Below, piece by piece: positions 40,729-49,943 of a DNA stretch of 64,000 nt (the first letter of the stretch is position 1; every line of letters begins with the position of its first letter). The notes under the pieces are model-generated. The model had not been told where the DNA came from and searched no databases. It saw nothing but the letters and a program-made list of their open reading frames with translations. The DNA comes from an archaeon (lineage in GTDB: Archaea > Nanobdellota > Nanobdellia > Pacearchaeales > GW2011-AR1), in assembly GCA_018657525.1 (NCBI GenBank), contig JABHWZ010000003.1, positions 14,840 through 78,839 of the forward strand, read 5' to 3'. Both the position numbers and the translations under genes were made by a program.

Positions 40729-40977
40729 CTACTCTCTTCTGTAACCAATTACTTTTTTACCTTGGTAAATTGGGATGTCGCCTTTGCTTTGTGAGTATTT
40801 TTTCCCTCGAAGCAATATAATCCCCATGACAATTACCACCACAGAGATTATCATCATTTGAAAATTTGTAATGGATTCTAGAAATTTGATTTGAGTAATT
40901 TCTTTAACTTTATCAAAAGTTAGGCTTAAGCCGATTAGACCCAATATTGAGAGAGTGTATCCCATCACCTTTTTCAT
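40729..40977 (-). CDS. small two-TM protein
   Basis: Two TMs; C-terminal IPIYQGKKVIGYRR. Confidence 0.7.
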   Translation of the reverse strand: MKKVMGYTLSILGLIGLSLTFDKVKEITQIKFLESITNFQMMIISVVVIVMGIILLRGKKYSQSKGDIPIYQGKKVIGYRRE

Positions 40978-41087
40978 GTAATTAATAAGTCAATTAGTTT
41001 TATAAAGTTTTGTAAACAAAGAATATTATGAGATCTTATAGTGTTTAAATAAAAAGGTTTATAAACTATTTATGACACGTATAAATT

Positions 41088-41636
41088 ATGGTTAATAAGT
41101 ATGAACTTAAGTTTACCTCTTTACAAACTCGGATTTTTAGATTATTTTGTATAAAAACTGGAGAAACATTGAATCAGCGAGAAATTGCAAGAAATTTGGG
41201 GGTTTCAGCTACTGCTATTTCTAAATCTTTAGATTTATTAGAGAAAGAAAAATTAATTATTGTGAATAAAAATAAAACTATGAATTTAAATTTAATTGGA
41301 TTAAATCAAGATTCAAAAAAAGTTGTTGAATTAAAACGCGTTGAAAATATGGGATTTATTTATAAATCTGGGTTAGTGGATTTTCTTGAGGTAAATTTTC
41401 CTGGTTCAGTAATTATTTTATTTGGTAGTTATTCATATGGTGAAGATAATGTTGATTCAGATATTGATATTGCTGTTTTTGGGAGTTCTAAAAAAAATTT
41501 GAATTTATCTAGATTTGATGATTTTTTGGAAAGAGAAATTAGAGTTAATTTTTATAAAGATTTTAATGAAGTGAATAAAAATCTTATGAGTAATATTTTT
41601 AATGGAATTATTTTATCCGGGAGGATTAGTTTATGA
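41088..41636 (+). CDS. HTH + minimal nucleotidyltransferase (MNT antitoxin-like)
   Basis: NQREIARNL HTH; LFGSYSYGE...SDIDI. Confidence 0.88.
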   Translation: MVNKYELKFTSLQTRIFRLFCIKTGETLNQREIARNLGVSATAISKSLDLLEKEKLIIVNKNKTMNLNLIGLNQDSKKVVELKRVENMGFIYKSGLVDFLEVNFPGSVIILFGSYSYGEDNVDSDIDIAVFGSSKKNLNLSRFDDFLEREIRVNFYKDFNEVNKNLMSNIFNGIILSGRISL

Positions 41637-42055
41637 AAGATTTTGATGACTTTCTAAAAAGAGGGGTGGTTAAAAAACAATCTGTTAATGAGCCAAGAGC
41701 TAAAGATTTGGTTTCTGAAGCTGAAAGAAAATTAAGTTCAATGAATCGTGTTATTAAGAAAATAGGAATTGATGACGCAAATGCTAATGATATTATTGAA
41801 AATTGTTGCGATATTATTCTTAGTTTAATACGTTCGAAAATGTTTTTGAAGGGGTTTAGCGCTTCTGGAAGTGGAGCTCATGAAGCAGAAGTTTCTTTTT
41901 TAAAAAAATTGGAATTTAATGAACAACAAATCGAATTTATTAATTCTTTGAGATATTTTAGGAATGGAATTTTGTATTATGGAAAACGATTTGATAAAGA
42001 ATATGCAAAAAAAGTAGTCAAATTTTTAAAACAGGTAAAGGTTAAATTAAAATGA
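41633..42055 (+). CDS. HEPN-domain protein
   Basis: Coupled to MNT; RNGILY (R-x4-Y variant) and ..AKKVV ending. Confidence 0.75.
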   Translation: MKDFDDFLKRGVVKKQSVNEPRAKDLVSEAERKLSSMNRVIKKIGIDDANANDIIENCCDIILSLIRSKMFLKGFSASGSGAHEAEVSFLKKLEFNEQQIEFINSLRYFRNGILYYGKRFDKEYAKKVVKFLKQVKVKLK

Positions 42056-42987
42056 GATCTTATAGTGTTTTGGGGAATATAGCGTTGGTTAATTTTCCGA
42101 GGGAATTTAAAGGAAGCAAAATTAATTTTGCTAAGAAAATTTTGAAAGAGAACAAATCAGTTAAGACTGTTTTGGAAAAAGTGGGAAAATTTTCTGGGAG
42201 GTTGAGGAAGATTTCAACTAAATGGTTAGCGGGGGAAAAAAATAAAGAAGTTTTGTATAAAGAAAATAATTGTGTTTTTAGATTTAATATTGATTCAACT
42301 TATTTTTCTCCGAGGCTGAGTAATGAGCGGAAAGAGATTGCAGGATTGGTTAAGAAAGATGAAAATGTTTTAGTTATGTTTGCAGGGGTGTCACCGTTTT
42401 CAATTGTTATTGCGAAGAATTCAAAAATTGGGCGTAGTTCTGCGTACCCTAAATTGCGGAATGCTAAGGTATATTCAAATGAGATAAATCGCGAAGCAAA
42501 TAAATACGCGAAGTTAAATATTGAATTAAATAAATTGAAAGAGAGGGTTGAATTGTTGCCTGGTGATATCAAAAAAGTTACTGAGAAAATTTTGAAGGGG
42601 TGGAGGGAAAACCATGCGGTATCTGTAGGAGGCAAAGAAAAGATGCCGCCCTCTCGTGCCCTTGAGGGTATCAGTGTTTCGAGGAAGGAGCGCGAGGAAA
42701 ACAAGGGGTTGCCTCGCTTTGATGTGATTGTAATGCCGCGACCGCAGTTGAAAGATAGTTTTTTGGAGCAGGCGTTTAAGTTGTCAAAACGCGGAACGCG
42801 AATTTATTATTATGATTTTTGTAAAATTGATGCTCTTGAAGGAACAAAGTATTTTGATTTGATTATTAAGAAGATTAAAGATGAGGCAAAAAAAGCTGGG
42901 AAGAAAATTAGAATTGTGAATAAGAAATTGGCGGGAGATATTGCTCCGTATAAGTATCGTGTGCGGGTTGATTTTATAATTTTGTAA
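42052..42987 (+). CDS. trm5: Trm5/TYW2 (Met-10-like) tRNA methyltransferase with in-frame insertions
   Basis: YFSPRLSNER, VMFAGV.PF, NEIN, FDVIVMPRP. Confidence 0.85.
   Translation: MRSYSVLGNIALVNFPREFKGSKINFAKKILKENKSVKTVLEKVGKFSGRLRKISTKWLAGEKNKEVLYKENNCVFRFNIDSTYFSPRLSNERKEIAGLVKKDENVLVMFAGVSPFSIVIAKNSKIGRSSAYPKLRNAKVYSNEINREANKYAKLNIELNKLKERVELLPGDIKKVTEKILKGWRENHAVSVGGKEKMPPSRALEGISVSRKEREENKGLPRFDVIVMPRPQLKDSFLEQAFKLSKRGTRIYYYDFCKIDALEGTKYFDLIIKKIKDEAKKAGKKIRIVNKKLAGDIAPYKYRVRVDFIIL
42613..42717 (+). mobile_element. family A structured element inserted in frame (35 codons)
   Basis: Matches reverse complement of 26630-26734. Confidence 0.8.
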
Positions 42988-43175
42988 TCTTTTTGTTTTA
43001 TATCGAAGATTTTATCTTCTCGTGTAGTGTACTACACTTCGAAGACACGTTTTACTTTGTAAAATAAAATCTTCGATCTAATTTCAAAAATCTTCACAAA
43101 ATTATGGTGGTATGGGGATAAGGGAAAGAAGGAGAGAGGTTTAGAAAAGTTTATAAAATTAATTTACTTATTTTA

Positions 43176-43613
43176 ATGATGACTAAAAAAGAGTATACTC
43201 CTGAGCAAATTGCAGAGAGAATTAAGAATCCTCAAGAAACAAGTGAGGAATATGGGCAGAAAAGTTTTCTTGAGAGGATGATTGCTGATTTATATCGTGG
43301 CCCTTCAGGTGAGGGAGGAGATTCAGAAAAAAGAGAGAAACGTGAGAAGAACTCCCGAATTTATAAATTGCTTTCTATGAAGGCTAGAAGAGATCCTTTG
43401 GATTTCGAGGGAATTTCTAAAGCGTTTAATGAATTAGCTAAAGATCGTCCTTCTTATTTTGCTTTTTTATTTATCTTTTCGCTACTATTTTTGTCCCCTA
43501 ATATGACCGGAAATGCAATCATGGATTTGTCAAATTCTGCTTCGAATTTTTTAGGAATTATTTTTTTCGTTCTAGGATTGATTTTAACTTATGTTTGGGT
43601 TAAAAGAAATTGA
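43176..43613 (+). CDS. hypothetical protein with TM-NMTGNAI-TM tail
   Basis: Two C-terminal TMs. Confidence 0.7.
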   Translation: MMTKKEYTPEQIAERIKNPQETSEEYGQKSFLERMIADLYRGPSGEGGDSEKREKREKNSRIYKLLSMKARRDPLDFEGISKAFNELAKDRPSYFAFLFIFSLLFLSPNMTGNAIMDLSNSASNFLGIIFFVLGLILTYVWVKRN

Positions 43614-43666
43614 CTTTGGGGTTTAGTCGGGATATGATATCTCGGAGCGCAGCTTGGTCGCCGTTA

Positions 43667-43770
43667 ATTTTGACTGCGGTGGGAGCCTCGCCAATTCCCA
43701 ACCCTGATTTTTTTCCCATTACCCCTTTTTTATTTGAAAGCCCCAAAAATCAAAGTTGCTCGCCATGCCA
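43667..43770 (-). pseudogene. diverged copy of the ATPase C-terminus (WHG|GEAPTAVK) split by a 69-nt family C element (43693-43761)
   Basis: Synonymously recoded match to 43801-43835; insert matches 55143-55209. Confidence 0.8.
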
Positions 43771-43784
43771 GACACTCCAGCGAA

Positions 43785-45095
43785 TCACAACCGCTTCTTC
43801 ATTTTGACTGCGGTTGGTGCTTCCCCTCCGTGCCAAGTAAATCTCGGACGAATTCTCATTGGATAAATTCTTTCTGAATTGTCATCTAAAATTATGGCTG
43901 AACCTTTCAGGGTTGGTAAATCATTCATATACTGTTGAATACTATTTAAAAGATAGCTTTGCATAATTTGATTTAGGGCTTCTATGTCGGGTTGAGAAGT
44001 AACTCTGTGTGAAATAACTATATCTGACTGAGTCATAACGTCGGTGTGGATTTTCCCGGGTTGTTGTGTTGCGAGAACTACTGAAATGCCGGGTTGTCGT
44101 CCTTCTCTCAATAATTGAATCAATGCATCTGTTGCCAAAGTTTTTCCTTCTTTGGGTAAAAATTCATGACCCTCGTCGATAAATATCCAAACAAGGGGGT
44201 ATTCTTTTTTTTCTTGCGTCGTTAAAATATCCAACCCTTGTGAAACTGCATTTATTTCTTCTTTTTTTCTTGCGTCCATTCGCTGATTGAAAATTTTTCT
44301 TGAAATTAAACTTATAACTAATGCCCGCACATTAAATGCTCCAACAGAATTGTAAACGCTTAAATCTAAAATGGAAGTCATACCTCGATTTATTAATTCT
44401 GTTACCGCTGTTGGTTTGTCCCCTGATTTTGCAAATACCCCCCATGTGTTCGCTGCTTCGAATAATCCCATTGTTGCATTTTTGGTTTCTTGAGAAGATT
44501 TTTCATCTTTTTCAATTTCAGAAATTATTTCTTCTAAAAAATAATTTCCTTCTTCTTTTAATTTTGTGATTGTTCTTTCGATTAAAACTGCGATTGGATG
44601 AGTTAAGTCTAAGTTAAAAGTTAGAATCCAATCTTCGGGATTCATTTCTGCAATGTCTAGTGCGAATTTTTCGTCGATGGGAATGCCTTTTTCAAGATAT
44701 GAATTAAAATGTCCAGCTGGGACAAAAACTTTTATTGGTAAGTTTTTGGCTTTTAAATCCCATTCTTCTAAAAGTTCCCTATCCTTTTTATTTTGATATT
44801 TCATTGTCCAGTAAATTCCCATTGTGTCAAAAATTAGAGAGGATAAGTTTTGAGAAACTTTTTTTGGTAAGTTTGTAAGTTCTTCTGCTAATGAACCCAA
44901 TGTGTAACTTTTACCTGAACCTCTTTTTCCTGCCACTAGGACAACGTGCGATCTGGCGACGTCCATGAAAATTTTATTTGAAAGAGAAGTGTATTGCCCC
45001 ATTTTTACAAATCCTTTTCCGATATAAATTAAACCTTCTTTTCCAAATGTTTTTTTATCACTTGCATTTCTTCCAAGGATTATATCATAAGCCAT
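43785..45095 (-). CDS. HerA/FtsK/VirB4-like (DUF87) ATPase
   Basis: GKRGSGKS, IFIDEGHE, LREGR, LATQQP. Confidence 0.88.
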   Translation of the reverse strand: MAYDIILGRNASDKKTFGKEGLIYIGKGFVKMGQYTSLSNKIFMDVARSHVVLVAGKRGSGKSYTLGSLAEELTNLPKKVSQNLSSLIFDTMGIYWTMKYQNKKDRELLEEWDLKAKNLPIKVFVPAGHFNSYLEKGIPIDEKFALDIAEMNPEDWILTFNLDLTHPIAVLIERTITKLKEEGNYFLEEIISEIEKDEKSSQETKNATMGLFEAANTWGVFAKSGDKPTAVTELINRGMTSILDLSVYNSVGAFNVRALVISLISRKIFNQRMDARKKEEINAVSQGLDILTTQEKKEYPLVWIFIDEGHEFLPKEGKTLATDALIQLLREGRQPGISVVLATQQPGKIHTDVMTQSDIVISHRVTSQPDIEALNQIMQSYLLNSIQQYMNDLPTLKGSAIILDDNSERIYPMRIRPRFTWHGGEAPTAVKMKKRL

Positions 45096-45211
45096 TAAAA
45101 AATTCCTTCTTTTTTCATATTTTATTTTATGTCTTCAGGGTTTTTAATATTTTGTAGTTTGAAACAAATTTTACCAAAATATTTATAAATGAATTTTTAC
45201 TGAATTAAAAT

Positions 45212-46225
45212 ATGGAAGAGTTTGAGCATAAAAATGAGGTGGTTTCAAGTATGGATTATTCTGAGGAGAAACCTGACGAGAAAAAGGAAAATAATATTCG
45301 TGAAACTAAAAAAGCATTGACTGAACGAATGAGAGAAAATCCTTGGATGTTTGCAACTATGATTTTGGGAGTTGTCACATTAATTTTATTAATTGGTAAT
45401 TTTCAGGGAGGGATGACTGGCGACGTTATTGATTCAGACGTTGCTGGAGCAAAACTTTTAGCTTATTATGAATCAACTGGGGCTCAAGGATTAGTATTAG
45501 AATCAGTTGAGGAAGAGAATGGATTGTATAAAGTTAATTTTGAATATCAAGGAGCTATTGTTCCAATTTACATGACGCAAGATGGGGCATTGGCAGGTTC
45601 GATGAATTCGTTGGTTGTTGAAGCTACTTCTGATATTGGAACTGATGCTCAAGAAGTGCCTAAATTAGATAAACCAAAAGTTGAATTATTTGTTTGGAGT
45701 TATTGCCCGTATGGTGTTCAAGCTCAAGGTCCTATGGCTGAAGTTGTTTCTCTTTTGGGAGATGCTGCCGAATTTGTAATTGTTCCTTATTACGATGGAC
45801 ATGGGGAATATGAAGCGCAACAAAATAAAATTCAATCATGTATTCAAAAATTAGATACAGATAAATATTGGGCTTACGCTGCAGGTTTTGTAGAAGATAT
45901 TTATGATACTTGTGGTTCAACTCGGGACGCTGAATGTGACAAAAGTGAATCAATTAAGTTAATGGATTCTTTGGGAATTGATTCTGATGAAGTGATAAAA
46001 TGTGTGGATTCAGAAGGAGATGATTTGTTTGAAGAAGCAGTTTCCTATTCGAGGCAGAATGGAGTTCAAGGCTCACCAACAATTTTAGTTAATGGAGTTA
46101 AAGTAAGTGTAGCAAGAAATGCTGAATCAATTAAGGCAGCAGTTTGTGAAGCATTTAATGACGCGCCTTCAGAGTGTTCAGAAGTTTTAGATTCAAGTGC
46201 AGCAGCAGCTGCAGGTAATTGTTAA
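45212..46225 (+). CDS. membrane-anchored thioredoxin-fold (DsbA-like) protein
   Basis: TM + MTGDVI; SYCPYG; GVQGSPT. Confidence 0.75.
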   Translation: MEEFEHKNEVVSSMDYSEEKPDEKKENNIRETKKALTERMRENPWMFATMILGVVTLILLIGNFQGGMTGDVIDSDVAGAKLLAYYESTGAQGLVLESVEEENGLYKVNFEYQGAIVPIYMTQDGALAGSMNSLVVEATSDIGTDAQEVPKLDKPKVELFVWSYCPYGVQAQGPMAEVVSLLGDAAEFVIVPYYDGHGEYEAQQNKIQSCIQKLDTDKYWAYAAGFVEDIYDTCGSTRDAECDKSESIKLMDSLGIDSDEVIKCVDSEGDDLFEEAVSYSRQNGVQGSPTILVNGVKVSVARNAESIKAAVCEAFNDAPSECSEVLDSSAAAAAGNC

Positions 46226-46278
46226 AATTAATTTGATGTTATTATATAAATTCTTATAAATGGGGGATTAGTTAAGTA

Positions 46279-46617
46279 TTGATGGATGAAGAAAGAGAAG
46301 TTTTTTACGGAAAGGAGGGTATGTGTTCTGGTTATTTTGTTTTAAGGGATACGCCTCGAGGTGAGAATGTAGTTAGAGTTGAGACTTTTTTTTCGGGGGG
46401 TTTTCTTGGACAGAGAGCAGAAACTTCTGAAACAGATTTTTTTAATGTATTGACCCTTCCTTATGGGATTTATTCAGATCTTGCTGTGTCTTTTGCAAGG
46501 AACCTTAGAGAAAGTTTAAGAGATACAGATTATGGTGCGATAATTACCATGAAAAAAATTGGATCTAATGAGGTTTTAGTAAATTTTCCTAAAAGAATTA
46601 AATTAACTAGAATTTAA
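46279..46617 (+). CDS. hypothetical protein
   Basis: ORF with TATA box. Confidence 0.5.
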   Translation: MMDEEREVFYGKEGMCSGYFVLRDTPRGENVVRVETFFSGGFLGQRAETSETDFFNVLTLPYGIYSDLAVSFARNLRESLRDTDYGAIITMKKIGSNEVLVNFPKRIKLTRI

Positions 46618-46675
46618 TGAGGGGTGGAATATTTTTTAAGTAAAACTTTTTAAATGGATAATCCATTTTTGAGAT

Positions 46676-47029
46676 ATGGAAAAAATGCTCCAATTGAATA
46701 ATCAAACAGGAATAAGTAATGATTACGTGAATGCTTTTGTGCTTTTATCTATAAATTGTATGGCGTATAGACGTCGTTTAAAAAATTTTGAATCTAATCT
46801 TCCAGCAATTCGAAGTACATTAAAAAAGTATGGGGAACGTTATCCTGCTGAAACATATGAAAAAGTAATTACGCCTAAAAATCAAAAAGCTGTTAAGAGA
46901 CTTGATGAACTTGTTGATGCGTTAAGAAATATTTTAGAAGAAGATTATTTAGAGATTGTGGCTAAAATTGATTCCCATTTATATCCTTTGCTTGATGAAG
47001 TAACCAAATTAATTTATGGTGCTTCTTAA
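46676..47029 (+). CDS. hypothetical protein
   Basis: ORF with TATA-like box. Confidence 0.55.
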   Translation: MEKMLQLNNQTGISNDYVNAFVLLSINCMAYRRRLKNFESNLPAIRSTLKKYGERYPAETYEKVITPKNQKAVKRLDELVDALRNILEEDYLEIVAKIDSHLYPLLDEVTKLIYGAS

Positions 47030-47093
47030 AATTAGCTAGTTTTTTAAGCTTTAATGTAGAAATATTTATAATACACTTTTTATTCAGTAGAAT

Positions 47094-47921
47094 ATGAAAA
47101 AAGTTGTGATTGTTTTTTTGTTTATTTTTTTGATAAGTGGATTTGTTAATGTGGATTTTTCTGCGGGTTTAGAAGATATGCCCCCAGAAGTTACAATTCT
47201 TTTTCCTGAAAATGGTTCTAGTTATGTTCGGTCTCCTTTAGCGTTGAAGTATTCTGTGTTTGATGACGTTGCTGTTGATAGATGTTGGTATTCTTTGGAC
47301 GGGGGATTATTTAATGTAACTCCTATTAGAAAGGTGGGCAATTTTACGAATCTTGTTGCTGTCGAGGGGATTAATGTTTGGACTGTTTATTGCAATGATA
47401 GTTCTGGAAATGAAGTTAGTTCTGTTGTGGAATTTATTTTTGACACTACTGGTCCTTATTTAGTTGGATTAGAAAATATTACAATTTTTGATAATGAAAG
47501 TTTGGAATATCCTATTAATTTTTCTGATGATGGCGTTGGAGTCAGTTCTTATTCGCTTTCTCCAAGGGGACTTTTTTTAATTAATAGAAACGGGTTGCTA
47601 ATAAATATTTCAGAATTAATTGTTGGAGAGTATAGTCTTAATTTCCGTGTTATGGATTTTCTTCGTAATACAAATAGTGTTGCTTTTTTGGTGAAAGTTA
47701 TTTCTTCAGATATTGAACCTCCTGAGGAAGAGCATTATAAATTAGAAAAAGAGGAAAAAGACGACGCGGATGAAGATGAAAATCAGGATGGATATGTTAC
47801 TTTGAGTGAGGTTGAGGATATTAAAAATAAATGGTTAAGAGGAGAATTAAATGAGTTGCCTTTGCATAAGGTTGCTAAAGCTGTTCATCGATGGAATAAA
47901 AAGAATCATATTAATTTTTAA
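47094..47921 (+). CDS. secreted Ig-like-domain protein
   Basis: Signal peptide; P.VTILFPEN, CWYSLD, VYCNDSSGN, DTTGP. Confidence 0.75.
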   Translation: MKKVVIVFLFIFLISGFVNVDFSAGLEDMPPEVTILFPENGSSYVRSPLALKYSVFDDVAVDRCWYSLDGGLFNVTPIRKVGNFTNLVAVEGINVWTVYCNDSSGNEVSSVVEFIFDTTGPYLVGLENITIFDNESLEYPINFSDDGVGVSSYSLSPRGLFLINRNGLLINISELIVGEYSLNFRVMDFLRNTNSVAFLVKVISSDIEPPEEEHYKLEKEEKDDADEDENQDGYVTLSEVEDIKNKWLRGELNELPLHKVAKAVHRWNKKNHINF

Positions 47922-49099
47922 TGAGTTTCTAAATATGCAATTTCGTCTTCGTTGAGTTTGAGTTCGCTTTGTATTTTTTCATCCGATTTAATAATTTGTT
48001 TTATTATTGGGAATTCTTTTTGTGCTCTTTTTTGACCGACATGAACTAGTTTTGCATATTTTTGTGCGATGGATTTTTTCTTTGCTGTTCTTTGATTATT
48101 TAACCAAATTTTTAGGATTCTAGATGGTTTGTTATATTTTGTAAAATTTTGTTTTGAAAAGTTTGAATTTTTTGCAGCTGATATTCCAAAACTCAAAAAA
48201 ATATTTTCGTAAACCATAAATCTCCAATATTGTTGTTTGTAAATTCTGCCTTTGAATAAATCTACGTGGGCAAGTGCTTTGTAAGCTTTTGCTAATTCAA
48301 GACCGTTGTATTCTTTTGGAATGTTTTCTTCTACCCACAGAATTATATTATCCATTGAAAGTTTTACTGAATCAAATACTCTAAGGATTTCGTTTGTTGG
48401 TTGTTCTTTGAAAACTCTTTGTAATGCGTGGAAAATATCTACTTCCTTGTTTCTTTCTGCAAGTTCAATTTGTGACGGGTCTGGGAGGCTTGCTGCTGTT
48501 TGTAAATCGTTTATTGCTGCTCTTATGTCCCCTTTTGCATTAATGGATATTTTAGTTAGAACATCTGAGTCAATGAATTGTTTTTCTTTTTTTAGTACAT
48601 TAATCAAAACGTCCTTGATAATTTTGTAGTGTGGTTCCTTAATTTGAATTAGGTCGCATTTTTTTCTTAGTGCACTGAATTTTGAATTCCAGATATCATT
48701 TGCAGTTATAATTATTGGAAATTTTGTATCTGCAATTAGTCTGATTAATTCGGGGACACCTCCCCTGTCTGTTCCAGAGATTCCATCTGCTTCGTCTACT
48801 AAAATTATTTTTCCTTTTTTTATTAGAGATTGTTGTTCGATTGCAGGTTTAAGAACTTCTTGTAATTTAGTTTTATTTCTGAAGTCAGATGCATTTAATT
48901 CAAAAATTTCTGAGTCTGTTTCAATTGCTGCAACTAATGCTAAAGTTGTTTTTCCGGTTCCAGGTGGGCCGTGCAAAATTATTGCTTTCTTTTTTGTTTT
49001 AGGAAAATTAGTGATAAAATTTTCAATTGTTACAACTGCTTCTTCTTGCCCTCTAATTTCTTCAAATTTTTTTGGACGGTGTATTTCTGTCCATGGCAT
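47918..49099 (-). CDS. rfcL: replication factor C large subunit
   Basis: [37 protein letters not shown]. Confidence 0.93.
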   Translation of the reverse strand: MPWTEIHRPKKFEEIRGQEEAVVTIENFITNFPKTKKKAIILHGPPGTGKTTLALVAAIETDSEIFELNASDFRNKTKLQEVLKPAIEQQSLIKKGKIILVDEADGISGTDRGGVPELIRLIADTKFPIIITANDIWNSKFSALRKKCDLIQIKEPHYKIIKDVLINVLKKEKQFIDSDVLTKISINAKGDIRAAINDLQTAASLPDPSQIELAERNKEVDIFHALQRVFKEQPTNEILRVFDSVKLSMDNIILWVEENIPKEYNGLELAKAYKALAHVDLFKGRIYKQQYWRFMVYENIFLSFGISAAKNSNFSKQNFTKYNKPSRILKIWLNNQRTAKKKSIAQKYAKLVHVGQKRAQKEFPIIKQIIKSDEKIQSELKLNEDEIAYLETH

Positions 49100-49171
49100 T
49101 TTATTTTAAGTCCTCCATTTTAATAATGTTGATAATGGATTTGAATTTATAAATAATTGTGTGATTCAAAG

Positions 49172-49561
49172 TTATTTTCTACAAAGAGAGTGATCGCTTC
49201 TCGCAATTTTAGCAAAGTGTGCTTTTTCTTTGGAAGTTAGGGCTGTTCCAAAGTAAGTTCCCTTTCCATATTCTGTTTCTATTTTTTCTATTCTTGAAAT
49301 GAATTTTTTTATTTGGGGAATTTTGTAAGGTTTTTGAGGAGAGTACGTGGTGCTAGTAAAGAGGATTTTTGTGGAAGTTGTTTGAAGTTGATTTAAAGTG
49401 TTTAAGTGTCTTGTAATATCTTCTTGTGTTTGGGAATTTCTTTGATATTTTTTTCTTCCTTTTGAATCATAGACACTTGTAAATACTATGGGATATCTTT
49501 CTGATATTTCTTGAAGTTTGTTTTCAAGATTTTTTATTGTTTGTAGTTTGAAAAATAGCAT
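49172..49561 (-). CDS. hypothetical protein, paralog of 50317-50733
   Basis: Shared QTI.NLE.KLQEISERYP, TQ..I..H..TL, YSP.K, GKG.Y. Confidence 0.65.
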   Translation of the reverse strand: MLFFKLQTIKNLENKLQEISERYPIVFTSVYDSKGRKKYQRNSQTQEDITRHLNTLNQLQTTSTKILFTSTTYSPQKPYKIPQIKKFISRIEKIETEYGKGTYFGTALTSKEKAHFAKIARSDHSLCRK

Positions 49562-49562
49562 T

Positions 49563-49943
49563 TTAGTTGCCTCTGGCATGATTTAAATAAGGTAAATATT
49601 CTCTTTCTAATCTTTTTAATTCTTTGTGGGATAATCTTCTCGGATTTTCGCAGAACTCTTCAGCCTCGGGTAGCTGTGCTAGGAGTAGTTCAGCTTTTTC
49701 TTTTTCTACTCGTGCTCTTATTTGTTCTCCAGTTAATTTGAGGCTGGTTCTCCAAGAGTATATATCAAAAACTATCAAATGTGGATGCTCTTCTTTTAGT
49801 TCTCTTATATCTTTTAGATATTGTACATAAGATTCTGGTGATTGATCTATTTCAGGGGGTGATTGTTTACTTGCGGATTTGACTGCTTCTACAAGTGCAG
49901 TATATCTTGCTGGGTAATCTTTTCCTATTATTAAAATTTTCAT
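49563..49943 (-). CDS. hypothetical protein
   Basis: Translationally coupled ORF. Confidence 0.55.
   Translation of the reverse strand: MKILIIGKDYPARYTALVEAVKSASKQSPPEIDQSPESYVQYLKDIRELKEEHPHLIVFDIYSWRTSLKLTGEQIRARVEKEKAELLLAQLPEAEEFCENPRRLSHKELKRLEREYLPYLNHARGN

Noticed and set aside
41088..42055. MNT-HEPN pair as a novel system
   Set aside because: Common, well-described archaeal toxin-antitoxin-type module
43610..43807. 65-aa plus-strand ORF
   Set aside because: Antisense reading of the duplicated ATPase terminus and family C element
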